Origin: Podospora anserina
Taxonomy: Eukaryota
DNA: 64,000 nt
Assembly: GCA_017654855.1 (NCBI GenBank)
Contig: CM030336.1
Coordinates: 62,001 to 126,000 of the forward strand
Direction: 5' to 3'
Position numbers and translations under genes: made by a program. The notes under the pieces were generated by a model. It made no database searches, had not been told where the DNA came from, and saw only the letters and a list, made by a program, of their open reading frames with translations. Shown piece by piece: positions 13,461 through 26,800 of the stretch. The stretch's first letter is position 1; every line of letters starts with the position of its first letter.

Positions 13461-13946
13461 TCTCGGTTCCTTAACAAATGCAAAGAATAGCCTCAAAAGA
13501 GGCCTATGATATTGATACTGGGTTGCCGCCAGTCCAAAAAATACTGGACATGCCTCCGACGGCCCCTGTGTCCGCTATATCCTATACTAAGGCTCTACTA
13601 TCCAAGATAGTCTGAGTATGCAAGGTTGAAGAAAGAAGATATAAGACAAATATATGCAAAGAAAAGAACAAATCACCAAGCTCCCCAACCCCCCTCCTCA
13701 TCGGTATCGTGAGCAACTCCAACGACCCAAAAAATCTTTGTCTTTCCACAAAAGCACTCGCACAACGGGGTATGTTGTCTCATCTACGCAAAGAAGAATG
13801 ACTCCTTGTATCCCATGCCGCCCATTTCCTCTTCAACCCCCTTGCCCCTGTCCCTGACCTGCTTGCGTTGGTTGCCCTATCCCCCAGAATTTGAACCCGG
13901 CCACCCATCTTTTGTTCCTGGCTTGCTGGGCGGTCCAAAAAGATAG

Positions 13947-16388
13947 TCACCGACCCGCATCTGTGTCCTGTTCTTTGCCCTTGCCCTTGTCCTCGCGCTT
14001 GACCTCTGACGTTGGAGCCGGCGACGACTCGCTCTCGGCTTCATCCCTGCTCCGCTTCCTGGTGTTGCCTGTCCTCTTGGCCATGTAGAAGTCGTACCGG
14101 TCGGGAAACAGGATGATGTTGGCCAACCTGGCGACTTCAGCCTCGGCCCTAGTGACAGAGTTGGATTTGCCGGCAGCTGCGGCGGCGACAGAGTCGTCCA
14201 TCTCGACATCGGCATCCGGGCTGCCACCGTTGGTGTCGGCGGGCGGCGTGGGTGCAACGTCAAAGGGCGCAAGACCCATGGCTTGCAGTCCCGCTGGCCC
14301 ACCAATCTCGGCAATCTCGGTCTCACCAACACGACCAATGTGTGTCGCCTCGCTTCCGAGCCCGCTGCCGGTGGAGTCAAAGTCGGGACTGGGGTGACCT
14401 CGCTGAAAGGTCTTGCGCTGGCGTGCAAGGTAGAGGGCGTTGTTTTGTGTGAGCGGCGCGGCCGGGACGTAGACAAGGATCGAGACGGGGCGGCTAGGGG
14501 GCTTGTCTTCATCGCCCATGGGCGGCGGCGTTGGTGCGCGGCTCGCCATGACGTTGGGGTTGGAGGTGATGTGGTAGGCCAGGTCGGGGTGCCAGACAAT
14601 GTAGTCGCCCGTCTGCAGGGTCGGGATGGTGACAAGAGTCTTGCGAAGGTGCAGGTGAGGATGCCACAGCTCCGTCAACCGTTGCGCGTGGCCAGGAACA
14701 GCACCGTGGATGATGGTGGATTGCTCCTTGTCGAGCGCCCAGTTGGACGGGTCCAGGAAGGCTTCCCACTCGGGGCCATCACGGCGTTCTGGAGCCTTGG
14801 TCTTGGGGGAAAAGAAAGGGCGGAGCAGAAAGTAGGCGGTGGCCAGCTTGGGGCTGGGGAGCAGGCGTATAAGACCAGGCTCGATGGTGCTCAGGGCGAC
14901 GACACCCTGGTACATGCGGAAGACGCTGCATGCGCCGTAACCGTTGTAGAGATCAGACGTGGCGCTGACCCGGTGGGTTGGGTCCCATGGGTCATACTTT
15001 TCCCACTCGCCGTTGAACACAGCCTGGTAGGTGCCTCCACGCCCATATCCGTCGGGCTCCCAGCGCTCCAAGCTGCCATTGTCGACCTGCGCAATCACGG
15101 TGGACGAGGCAAAATCACCCAGCAGCTCCAGTTCGAGCGCAGCCTTTTGCGCCTCCTCGTCTGGGGTCAGGCTTTTGCTGTCGTTTGCCACACTGTCGTC
15201 TTCGGCCTTCTTCTTCTTGCCAGCCGGCGCATCCGGACCCACCCCTCCGATGTTGGCGCCGTGGATGCGCAAACGATCGGCATAGGCGATGGGGAAGCGC
15301 GTGACCATGCGGTCGTCGGCGTTGTTGTCCCACAGCGACATGGCGAATTTCTGGGCAGCCATGACGCGGGGGTGGGCGCGGGTGCGCACCTGGGCGGGGG
15401 TCCAGAAAAAGTCAAAGCATGTCGGATCCTGAGGCGTGGGCTCCTTGAAGTCGGTCTGCTTCTCGAGATACTTGACCGTCTCGTCGATGGTGACCTGTGC
15501 GTCGGTGCGGGGCACGACCCCGCGGATCAGGCCCAGGCCGTAGCGCTTGAGATCGCGAGAGAAGGCGGCCCTGCACTCGGCATTGTCCATGTCGGCAAAG
15601 TCGATGCTTGGCGTGAGGTGGGAGCCGCGCTGAGCAATGTCGTCGACCTCGTCTCGCAGGGCCTCGATCAGACGGGCCCACGAGGCCTCGAGCTCGGCCT
15701 CATGGCCCTCGACGAGGCTGCGCTTGATCTGGGCGAAACGGGTGGGCAGCGGGACGGGCTCCTTGCCGTAAAAAGACAGCACGGGGGGCTCCATGGCGTT
15801 GGAGGTGCTGCTGACGGGGACGGGCCTGCTGCTGCTGCTGCTGCTGCTGCGGGCAGAAGCAGCGAGGAAATCAGCAGCGGTTAACGGGGGAGGACCATCG
15901 CTTTTTATTAGCGGGGCGGCAAAGGTGGCCGTAAGGTTGCGGTGCTTGAGCTTGGAGAGCCTGCGGGGGCGCTGCTGGTGCGGAAACAAGGGGAGGTAGG
16001 CGGCGCTGAGACTTCCGTTGGTAATTGGATTTACGGAGGACAGCTGGAAGGACGGGGAGGTGGGCGGCGGGAGCGTGACGGCTGGGGCAACTGGTGGTGC
16101 CGGAGACTGCGGGCGTTGAGGGTGGTGGCAGGTCGTGCGCCGTCGTCCGCATTGGTTGCACCGAGCTCGTGCCTCGAGACCCATGTCGTTAATACCAATC
16201 GGGTTATTGCCAGCCGGACCGGTTCCAGCGAGGGCCAGCGGTAGCGGTTCTGTTGCTGGCATTATTGGCCCTGCCACCGTTGGCCCCAGCACGTCGTGTA
16301 TCGTAGATTTTGGCGGGGAGGAGGCTGTTATTGTGGTCGACGCCCTCGTCGAGACATGGACGGCGGCGCCGCTTGCTGAGCTTGCCAT
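13947..16388 (-). CDS. DUF1479 (YbiU/Gig2-like) cupin-fold protein with long low-complexity N-terminus
   Basis: FWTPAQVRTRAHP, YADRLRI, GSLERWE, CSVFRMYQG, GDYIVWHPD, VYVPAAPLT..NALYLARQRKTFQRG.PSPDF. First ATG at 16388; MEPP at about 15795 is an alternative start. Confidence 0.85.
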   Translation of the reverse strand: MASSASGAAVHVSTRASTTITASSPPKSTIHDVLGPTVAGPIMPATEPLPLALAGTGPAGNNPIGINDMGLEARARCNQCGRRRTTCHHPQRPQSPAPPVAPAVTLPPPTSPSFQLSSVNPITNGSLSAAYLPLFPHQQRPRRLSKLKHRNLTATFAAPLIKSDGPPPLTAADFLAASARSSSSSSSRPVPVSSTSNAMEPPVLSFYGKEPVPLPTRFAQIKRSLVEGHEAELEASWARLIEALRDEVDDIAQRGSHLTPSIDFADMDNAECRAAFSRDLKRYGLGLIRGVVPRTDAQVTIDETVKYLEKQTDFKEPTPQDPTCFDFFWTPAQVRTRAHPRVMAAQKFAMSLWDNNADDRMVTRFPIAYADRLRIHGANIGGVGPDAPAGKKKKAEDDSVANDSKSLTPDEEAQKAALELELLGDFASSTVIAQVDNGSLERWEPDGYGRGGTYQAVFNGEWEKYDPWDPTHRVSATSDLYNGYGACSVFRMYQGVVALSTIEPGLIRLLPSPKLATAYFLLRPFFSPKTKAPERRDGPEWEAFLDPSNWALDKEQSTIIHGAVPGHAQRLTELWHPHLHLRKTLVTIPTLQTGDYIVWHPDLAYHITSNPNVMASRAPTPPPMGDEDKPPSRPVSILVYVPAAPLTQNNALYLARQRKTFQRGHPSPDFDSTGSGLGSEATHIGRVGETEIAEIGGPAGLQAMGLAPFDVAPTPPADTNGGSPDADVEMDDSVAAAAAGKSNSVTRAEAEVARLANIILFPDRYDFYMAKRTGNTRKRSRDEAESESSPAPTSEVKREDKGKGKEQDTDAGR

Positions 16389-19300
16389 TGTGCCCGACTG
16401 ATCATCGAGTCTGTCTGCGGTCCTGGTCGAAGGTCGTACTGCATGAGTTGGAGAGAGGAATGGGGGTGGTGGGCAGGCCTCTGGACTTTTACGGCTTCTC
16501 GCTTCCTGCTCCCTCTCGGCGGGCACGCCTCTCTGGGGAAACTTCGGCCCAACTCGCAGCTAGCACTTTAGCCTTGCTCCTCCGAGATGCCTGTCCCTCT
16601 CGTAGGTTGTCTCGATTCGACTCCAGTCCAGCCCAGTCCACCAGTCCAGTCGTCTTGTTGCCCCTTTCCCTCGATGCTGCCTCGGTCTTGGTTGCTGTGT
16701 CTTGGTCTTGGTTGTGGATGTCGGGTGTTGGTGTCGATCAACGTCGTCCGAGGTGTCAATCAGTCAGTCAGTCAGTCAGTAGCAGCAGCAAGCTGGAGGC
16801 CAGTGTGGATGCATCGTCGAGTAATAAGGCAGCCCAGGACTTTGGATGTCGGGCCAGCCAAGGCGTCGGAACAGCGACGGGCATCAATATAAAGAGAGTC
16901 CCTCGTTATCTTTAGGCAGAATGGTGGGAGGGCGGGCTCTGCGGCCGGAACCGCTAAGCATTCTCGCCAAAGCATCCAGGGCCTAGATGCCACTGGGTGC
17001 CAACAGCACTCGGTGCATCGATTTCCGCCGCCGCGTTTCCATCCCACTCCCACTCCCGTCTCATCAGCAGCTCTGAGGTGGATGGATTTCAAGTTCCAGT
17101 TCCAGTTCCACCTCCACCACCAGGTAGGGCCGTTGGACCGTCTTCGAGCGACGAGCCAGGCCCTGTCCCGGCATGATGCGCTAAAACGGTGCTGTCTGTG
17201 GGGGTTGCTTCCCCGCGGCTCCAGAGGCAAGAAAAATGGTCTGGAGAAGGAACGCGCATCCGGAATAATTTGGTCTTTTGCGCCATGCACGCAACATCCC
17301 CCCGCCGCCATTGGTCCCAGCAGCCCGCAGTGGGGCGCTTGTCGGAACGACGACTCCGCATCGCCTGAAGAGAGTGGCGCCGCTCAGCCGCCTCACGGCC
17401 CGCCATTCCCAAGCTTGAAGCTTCGGGCGGCATCCGAACGCGACTCCACGGATGGATACCCACTCGGTATCCAAAACAATACTGCAGTAGTACCGTGAGT
17501 ACCTTTGCTCTGCTCTTCTCATTATCTAGTCTACCTGACTTCATGTAACAGGAGTATCCGCAATCCTCAAACAATTCAGCCTCTTTCAAGTGCCATCCGT
17601 CTCAGATTTATCTTTTTTCCCTCTCTTCTGGTCTCCTCACCTCACGGCCCTTCCAAGGGTCCTACATACTCCATACCGTACCCGTCAAGCACGTTTGATT
17701 CCATGTGCAGACGGCACAGATTCGGAATTGCCCCTCCTTCGCTTCCCGGGTGCTTGATCTGGTTGCCCAGAAACATCCCATCAAACGCCGTCCAATCTCA
17801 TCCAATCCGTCACATGTTCATTCATGCCTTGAGCCGGTGTTCACCCGGATGGCCCAGGGGGCTGAGGGACCAACTCCCGTGTGAGCCGGGGGATAGGGGT
17901 GTGACCTCAGTCCGCCCTGTCTGAATCGGGAACACGGCTTATACCGACTACTGCTGCGTCCGGAGTAAAAGCTTATTGTATTATCGAGCACTCCAGCTCG
18001 TCAGTGACTAAGCTTCAGCTGATTGTCTTGACACTTTGGCCACTGCCCCTATTTGCGAAAGCCGTTGAGAAGCCCACCGGTACAATCTCAACGCTCCCCA
18101 GTTGTATACATAGGTACTAGAGCTGATTACCCTCATCCCAAACTCATACAACTTCAACTCCCGCGTCATCGGTCACCAGGGGGCATGTCCTCCCGCCCAG
18201 CTCACGCTATACCCAAAAGCACCGCCAAAACCTCGGAGCTCACCTCCCAACAGCGTCCTATTAGGCATCGTGTCCTTTTTGTGACTTATTTCTCTCGTGC
18301 CTTGTTCCCTACCCAAAGTAGCCTTGACACCAGCGCCGGTTGCAAATCCTAGGTCATCACGACGGTTGACCCCAGATTCATCAAGCTCACCAGGACAGAC
18401 TTGGAGCATGCCGATGTTGATGCCACCACCCGTGGCGATCCCATCTCCGTCGTGGACATGACAGATCCTCCCCTCTCGGCACGATTTGCTTTCCAATCTG
18501 GTGGTAGCCTTCCCTTCCAGAGTATTATTGCGCCTGTCATGTCGTGTTGCCCTCCCCCGGATACAGAGCAATGTATCCTTCCCACAGCACAAGGTCACAA
18601 CCGCCCATCCGTCCGCGTACCAGCCTGACCTGCTCTCATCCGTCCTGCCCCCTCTCTCTCCACAAATCCCCACGATGAGATTGACGAGTGGACAAAACCC
18701 CGCAGCCTGTCCAGTCAAGTCTGGAGAAAAGGGTAGCATTGGCCGTCTCCAATTCTCGAGCTTGGACTTTGCTGGCTGCTTGACAGAAAGCGGTATGAGC
18801 ACCACCTTGTTGCTCCCTCCGGCTGCTTCGTCGACCCCCAAAAGCCTAGTCTATTCAGGCAGGTCCCGGCGTGGACAAGACGGGGGAACAACCGAGGTTA
18901 TCTCACCTCTCGTTTGAAACTGCCTACTTGGATGTTTGAATTCGTCATACTCGTACGTTGTGTAATGTCGTCCTTGCTTGTGATTTCAACAGCACAAAGA
19001 AAAGAAAAGCAGCAGTCACACGATCTATTTAGGAAAGGTATCGAACCCCAGAAAATTCATCACTACTAAAGCTGTAAATCACCCAGTAACCCACGTGTAA
19101 GCCACGCAAAACCAAGGACCATCTTTTCTCCCCCCCAGACATCCCCGGGTCTGGCCTCCGTAGTCAAGATAGCAAGCATACCTATACTTTACGTCAGTGC
19201 CGTGAACACTATCCGAGTCCCCCACTCACAAACACTTCTTCCCCTCAGGCACCTACATGTCAACGGTCACGGACGTTGAGTCCCCCCCCCCCCTTCGGTA

Positions 19301-20059
19301 CCGGCCCATCCTCATTCTATCCCGAGCGCTCTCAACCATACGACCATGCCCTAGTCTTCAAACTTGACTAAGAAACCATGGAAGAATATGACCAAGTGCA
19401 CGCGTGATGTACCTCGCTTATAACGAAACAGCAGACTAGGCACTACACCCAAATCCCGCCCCCATTCAGCTTCCCCTCATCATCCTCATTCCCCGAGAAA
19501 GAAAGAAAAAAAAGGCACAAGCACCACCCGTTCATGCCAGTCCCCAGAAAGGCAGCAAGCTCCCGCACTACCATCCAGTTCTCACGCATCACGTAATGTC
19601 ACCCTCCTTCTCTCTGATTCAATCTGTTGCTCCCCCATGCCAAAAATAGCTAGAGCCACATCTGGAGGGAATCGGGTACCAAGATAAATGACGATAAAGC
19701 CATCTCTGCTCAACCAATATTTAACCACTGGCACATTCAAAACCACACCTACATGCTGAGTTGAGCCAACAAGTTTGAGCTCGTGGGGGCGCCTTTGAAT
19801 ATCGAGATGCGTGTGCTCCTCGAGGCCGGTATCGGACAACCTTGCGAGCGACTCGATCTTGAGCAGGATAGAACAGCTTGATTCACGCACTCGGCGAATG
19901 CGCTTTGTCGTGGGCAGCCCAGGTCAGGTAGAGAGAGAGCCTGATACCGAGGCGGCTATTAATTGGACTCTTTCTATACCTAGTTGGATTCAAGATAACT
20001 ATGTACAAAAGTGGATCTAATACCCTTTGTAATCCGCATCTACCAACCATCGTACACCT

Positions 20060-23000
20060 TTAAGTATACCCGTTGCTGACAAGCCACTGCTTGACACCCT
20101 CGGCGTCCCTCGTCCTGTATGCCGCGCGTCCGCGAATCTTGTCCTTGACCTGCTCCAGTGTCCGGTCAAAGCCCTTGGTGTCCTTGCCAGCAAAGAACGC
20201 CTCAATTTCCTTGAGCGTCTCAAGATCGTTAAACTTGGGCAAGCTCACGTTGATCATGCGGTCCACAAGAATAGGGTTGCCCGCCAACTTGCCGGTAAAC
20301 TCATCCCAGTTGTCACGGATGTACGCCCACATCAGCGGCCGGGCCGCGCGGTTGCCAGCAAACATGCCAGAGAGAATGTGCATATCGGTGCCGGGGATCG
20401 AGTCGGCCGCTGCCGCCGGAGGAGAAGAGTTGAAAAGGAAGGGCAGCAGGACCTTCTTGATGACCTCGACGTCCGTGGTGCGGCCGAGAGCTTGGAGGCA
20501 GATTTCTTTGCCGTCAATAGCTGGGGTAGTGTACCACTCCTTCTTCAGCGCAGCCACAGCATTGGCCGGGTCTGTGACGATGGCGGAGTGGTACACGGGC
20601 GCACGGAGGTTGGCTGGGATGGGCGACTGCTCGGGGTTGGCCTGGTGTGCTGACCACCTTTCAAAAGCACCCTTGCGAATTCTGACCACGACTGTTAGCA
20701 AGAATATCGAAACTTGATTCAGAAAAGCACATACTCTTCATGCGAGTTAGACACCGCCGTGAGAAGCAACCTCTTGCGAAGCAGACCAGTGTTGAAGTCC
20801 TCGCCCTCCTTGGCTTCCCATCCCACCGTCTTGAGGGCGTTGTCAATGACCTCAAGGGTGAACTTTTCCAAGCCAGCCTTGACTTGCTCGTCATCACCAA
20901 AGATGGACTTGATGGTTGCGAGAGAGTCCAAAGCCTGGCTGAGCACGCGGTAGTGAGTCTCCTGCTTTAAGCCTTGCACAAAGGACAGGAGAGCAGCTGT
21001 GGTGGCATGGCCTGAAAATGCAAGGTCGGCGGCAGATCCAGTGATAAAGATCTTGTCCTCGGTGGTGAGATGATCGAGCTGGGTGCCGAGACGCTTGAGC
21101 CGGGACTCGGGGTAGTTGACACGGTAAAAACCAGTAGCGCCTGCGTTGAGCTGATAAAAGTCGTTGCTGACACCATCAATGGTAGACTCCTTGGTGGTGA
21201 GCGCCAGCGGCTCGATTCCCTTGGATCCCGTCTTTCCCTTGAGGGAAAGTGGCACCCACCAGGTGGTCTGGTCATCCTCGGGCTTGACATCACCAGTAGA
21301 CAAGAAACGGGACTGCTTCACAGAAATCCTTTGGTCTTCCTCGGTGACCGTCAGGACAGGGAAGCCCACTTTTTCGATCCAATTCTGCATCAGAGTGTTG
21401 ACATCGGTGCCGGATGCTTCGCTCAGAGCGGCCCACAGAGCCTCCGTCTTGGCATTGCTGTACTGATGCTTCCTGAGATAGATGGCAATACCCTTGAGGA
21501 AAGTCTTGACGCCGAGGTGGGACGCCAACATGCGGATCATGGAGCAGCCCTTCAGATAACTGATCTTGTCAAAAATTTGGTTCACATCCAGCGCGTCCCG
21601 GACCTCAACCTGAATAGGGTGGGAAGAGCGAACGGCATCCAAGGAAAAGGCTTGGTCCATCCCCTCATTGATGAATTGCGGCCACACATCCCAGTCAGGG
21701 TGAAGATGGTCGGTCGCCAACCAACCGGCCCAAGTGGCAAAGCCCTCGTTAAGCCACAACTCGTCCCACCAGTCCATGGTGACGAGGTTGCCAAACCACT
21801 GATGGGCGAGCTCGTGGGCAACGACATAAGCGATGCGGTTCCTGAAGCGAGCCTCGGACAGCTTCTCGTCAAAAAGGATGGCTGTCATGCGGTAGGTAAC
21901 CAGACCCCAGTTCTCCATGGCTCCGTGGGTAAACTCGTGTACGGCGAGAATGTCGCTCTTGGGAAGTGGATAGTCAATCTCAAACTGCTCGGAAAAGTAG
22001 TCAATGATCTTGGGGGCGTGCTGAAGGGCCCATTGACCTTGCTCCTTTAGACCACGAGTGGTGTACACACGAACAGGAATCTTCTTTCCATTGTACTCTC
22101 TGTCGGTAAAAGCTTCAATGTGCTCAAAATCGCCAACAGCCCAGGCCAACAAGTAGGTGCTCATGATGGGACTGCGCTCGAAGGAAACAAGCTTCTTTCC
22201 TTGGGTGGTCGGCTTGGTCTCCTTAACAGGCATGTTGGACAGGGCCACTTGGTCGTCGGGAATCTCGATGGCGAAGTCAAAGGTCGCCTTGAGGTTGGGC
22301 TCGTCAAAACAGGGGAAAGCGCGGCGGGCATCACAAGACTCGAATTGAGTGCTGAGCATGTAGTAAAACTCATCATCGTGGGGAACACTGGCGGCCGGGG
22401 TAGCAACGGGCTTGTACTGGCTGCGGTAAAAGCCAGCCATGTCGTGGTTGAGCTCGCCGGTGAACTCGACGGTCAGCGAGGCCTTGGGGGACGCCGGCAA
22501 CTGCTCGGCAAAGGTGATGGTGGACCGCTGGGACTTGGTGTCCTCGGTGAAGTTGCTGGACTCCCATGACTGATCACTCTTGCTCTGGCTAATTTCAATC
22601 TTGGAGTTGAGAAGCTTGAGCTCGAGAGTGTTGAGGACAATCTCGGTGGTGGGCTTGGTGAGTTGACCTTCAATGCTGCACACGGGTCGGTCAGCATGCT
22701 ACCCAATCCTTGAAGAAATCAAGGCGACCTACGTGACGGTGCCCTTGTAGGACCAGGTCGTGAAGTCCAGGTCCGTAATCACCAGGTCGTAGTGGACCGG
22801 CTTGAAAGTGTCAGGGAGAATGTCTCTGTCCGTCATGGCTGCTCGTCTCCTCTGGTGCGAGGCGTGAGAGCAAGATCGGAAGCTCGTGAGAGCGACAGCT
22901 GGTGACGGGCGAATGGGCAGTCGACGCGGGGTAGCTCTCTTGGGATTGGCCGACAGTGACGACGACACAAAACGGGCGGGTGCAGACGGTCGAAGGGCAA

Positions 23001-23091
23001 CAAACGTGGCTGAAGGAGAGGCACAGCGGAGAGGGGTCGATGGGAACAAAAAGCGTCCTCTGGCGAGAACGGTGGATGTTGACCTGAACAT
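20060..23091 (-). CDS. APE2: M1 family (alanyl/puromycin-sensitive) aminopeptidase, Ape2-like
   Basis: GAMENWGL and HELAHQWFGNLVT..LNEGFA zinc motifs. Introns at 22676-22732 and 20682-20734. In-frame ATGs at 23091 and 22836. Confidence 0.95.
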
Positions 23092-23849
23092 GAAAAGAAA
23101 AGATGACAGAAACAAGTCCAGTCAAGCTTTGGGAAAGCTGCAGAGCACTTGACCAACCCCACCTCAGCTCTCGCAACGCGCCTCACCCGAAGCTGTGCTG
23201 GCAGATGGCCCCTCACCTGATGCCAGAAGGAGTGGACGGGATGGCGGCAGTTGACGCAACCGATGAAACGCTAGGCACAAGCAGGGCCGCTTTCAATGCG
23301 CAGGATCAGTCCAGATTGGGGTCTGAATGGACAGCTGTGGAAAGGACGCTCCAGCGAGAAACAGTCAATGTGAACCGAAACATAGCTTCCGGATGTGGGT
23401 GGGTCCCCGGGATCGAAGATTGATCGAAGCTTCGGGCGGAACGGGCGGGGTTGCAGTCCCTCACCGGTGGATCCCGTTGATGGCATGGAGATGTGGAATA
23501 GATGTTGCAAACACAGGCTGGAAGCACAAAAAGATAACCATGTTCAATTCTGCCAAGGTATCCATGATAAATGGCCAAGCCGGCCCGCATGAGTCCTGCC
23601 CGGCCCATCACATCATGGCATCACCAGCCAGGTGACAAAATGGTGACGATCCATGTTACGTAGTGTCCCGAATTCCCAGTCCCAACTCCCAGAACGGAAT
23701 GCAGATAAGAGCTGCGAGTCCAACCACCACCTAGGTAAAATAGGTTGTTGTCGCTGGCTCTGAAGAAAAGCGCTCGACCTTGACTAGCAAATGAAATAGA
23801 AAGGATAAAAAGCACCACCCAATGACGACCTTAGTTCCATGCAACCCAT

Positions 23850-26800
23850 CTAGTTCCCGGAAACCTCACTCTCGGCCTGCTCGGCTACCTTATCCCACCA
23901 CACACCATGAGCCTCCCGATCGACAACCGACACCCTTCCAAGCATCTCCACCATATCCCTCACCTTGTCCACAAACTCGGCCAGACCCAATCCTGCCAGC
24001 TTTTCCCCTGCCGTGCTGGTGAATTTGACCTTGTCACTGGTGCTCACAGCTGCCAGCCGCGCGAGAATGTGGCCTCTGAGTCGTCCAAGCAGCAGCCTCA
24101 GGACCGGCTCACTCACCTCGTCCTGCCGTGACTGCGTGGCCGCTTCCGCTCCAGCAAGCAGAAACTTGCTGACCAAGGCCTTGAGCTGTCCCCTCGTCGC
24201 CGCCGGCATCGACCGTCCCGCCTCGAGCGCCGCCATGATGCCCTCCACGGCAACGTCGAGTGCCAGATCTCCCTGCTGCTCGCTCCTCTCCAGCACCGCA
24301 AAGATCCTCTGGGCTTCGTTACGCCAAGGGGCTCGGACGTCGCGCTTCAGCAGGTTTTTGCACTGCAGCAGGATGGCGCCAGTGATGACGATCCGTCTTG
24401 TCAAGCGTCCTGCTTCCACGGCGCGCTTGTGGTCAAGGCGAAGCATCTCTGGCATGTCGTCCAGCGCCACAGGTGAGAGCTGCGTAAACAAATTGACCAG
24501 GAGCTGCGCGTATATGCGGTTTGCTGTCAGCCGGGAAGAAGGGTGGTTGACGCCCTCTGGGTCTCTCCTCGAGACTTCAGCCAGCAGCTTTTGCTGCGTA
24601 GCCTTCCATGTCTGCAGCGCGACCGATAGATCAAAGTGTCCAGCTTCGAGATCCGAGGCGAATGCTTTCGCCTCGTAAACGGGTGCTTGCGTCACGAGTT
24701 TCGGCGCCGCAAGCTGGAGTAGGTAGTTGGCATAGTCGCTGAGCATGACGTCGATGAAGCCATTCAAGGCTTCGAGACGGTCAACGTAGTTGCCTTGGCT
24801 GAGCTTCTCCTCGGTGAGCTTCTTCACTTCTTCATCACGAACAGGTGCACAGAGTTTGGGCAGTAATGTTCCCATCGCCTCAAAGAACTTTTCGTACGAA
24901 AAGCTCCCCATGGCGAATTGCTGCTTGGCAGTTTCCGTGTCGAGCAGCTCGCCGATAAAGGTATGCATTGAGTTCCCCGGCTTCACCAGCCGCTGAAGCT
25001 TCTCTCGAATAGACTCGGCGACCCTGAGGAGCAAGAAAAAGTGCGCCTCTTGGTTTTGCGTCTGCATGGTAACTCGCATGTCCTCAAAGATTGGGTTGAG
25101 TAGGCCTGCCTGTTGCTCGTGATACTCGTGTGGCTCGGTCCGGAACTCCTTGTTGATGGCTAGCTCATGAACAACAATCCTGTTGTCAGGCAGCAAACTC
25201 TTTTGGCTGGGAATGATGACATTGACCTTGAATGTGTCGCGCTTTCTGGCGGGTGTTGACGGGGGAGTCGGCATTTGACTGGAGGCATCTTGTTGGCTGC
25301 CCTCTTGCACACCAAGCACGCCCATGGCAGTCTCGGTCACTGAATGTTCGGCAACGCGAGGCTTCATGTCGCCAACAGGCTTCTTTGCCTTGGCCCTCCG
25401 AGCAGCCTTGACGGCGTCCGCGACCATTTGCTTGCCCCGAGCCGGACCGGCCAGCTTCTTGATCCTGACCAACAAGAGGAGCTGGTTGTCACGAATGCTC
25501 TTCTTGTACACCTGATCGACCGACCCGTCGGTGCTGTCCTTGACTGATTCCCAAATGGCATCAAGCTCCACAAACTGCATGACCATCAATTCCACAAGTG
25601 AGCTGGAGTCCCGAGCTTTCCATGCTATAAAGGCATTATAAAACGTTGCATAGACTTCGGGAAAGGTGGTAAAGAGTAGCGGCGGAGGGGTATAATTGTT
25701 GAAGGAGGTCAGCCGCCCGAGAATATTCTCAAACGATACAAGCAAGTCTCTGGCCTTGCCGACCAGCTCTTGTGACTGCGGATTCGGTAGCTCGTCTTTG
25801 GGTATTGGCTTTGACAGACCCGAGCCGTCCTGATCCGATTCCTCGACTGCCTGGCCTTCCTTATTGCTGAGCACTTGAGATGGGTGCCCCAAGATGAGAA
25901 ACGCACTCAAGAAAGTCCGCACTGCCGCCATCTCCTCCACAGACCCCTGTTTCCCCTCGTCGAGGCCGCATATTCGCAGTATTCTGGACGTAACAAGAAG
26001 TACCTTTTCCTGAGACAGCAACACAGTGACCTTGTCAAACGATGTTTCCCTAACCGCATCAATCGACAGCCCAAGTGCAGAAAACTCGGCAACCGCTCGT
26101 TGCCGCTGGAGAGCTCTCCACCACCACTGAATCTTGGAAACTGCTGCATCCTCGGTCAATGGGGCTGACTCGCTGAGCTCCATGCCATCAGTCTCGGTAT
26201 CGGCGTTGGGCATGGACTCGACGAGAGGAGATTTTCGCGTCCCCAAGCTCTGCCCACGCTCCCTCCCCCTAATCTTGGCCGCATTCCTGTTTCTAAACTC
26301 TTCCCTTCTCCTCTCAGCCTCTGCCAGCCGCTCCTCCATTTGTGACTTCATTTTTCTCGCCTCTTGCTCCCGCTTCTCCTTCATGGTCTCGGCGACAGCC
26401 TTGGCGCGCTTGACCTCCTCGGCACAAGAGGCAGCGATCTCGGCCAGGTTGCGCTCCCGGGCCTGAGCAGCAGCAAGCGCTCTCTCTTCACTGGCGCTCG
26501 TGTCCTTGGTGACAGCCTTTGCGATGGCTGCGCGCAAGCGCACCTTTTCGGCATGGGCGGCGCGGTCTGCGAGGCGGGCCTTTCGGTCCTCGAGAATGGA
26601 CGCTCGACGCAGGTGCTGGGCTACATATTTGCTCTGGGGACCGCCCTCGAGGCTGTAACCGTGTGACGATCGGGACTGGGCCGACGAGATGCTGTTGCGG
26701 CGAGAAGAGGCGGCGCTGTCTTTTCGTCGCGTCTGGTTTGTCGGGCGGTAGAAGAGGCGGGCAGCGATATGGGGAGGTGGGGTCGAGATCTTGGCGGCGT

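Noticed and set aside
14283-15884. 533-aa + strand ORF, and similar antisense ORFs at 21070-22050, 43439-44428 and 33646-34389
   Set aside because: These are shadow frames of real genes with GC3-biased codons and show no protein motifs.
16500-19990. Many short ORFs and microsatellites ((CAGT)n at about 16761, C-run at about 19282)
   Set aside because: No recognisable coding signal. These are ordinary promoter/UTR simple repeats.
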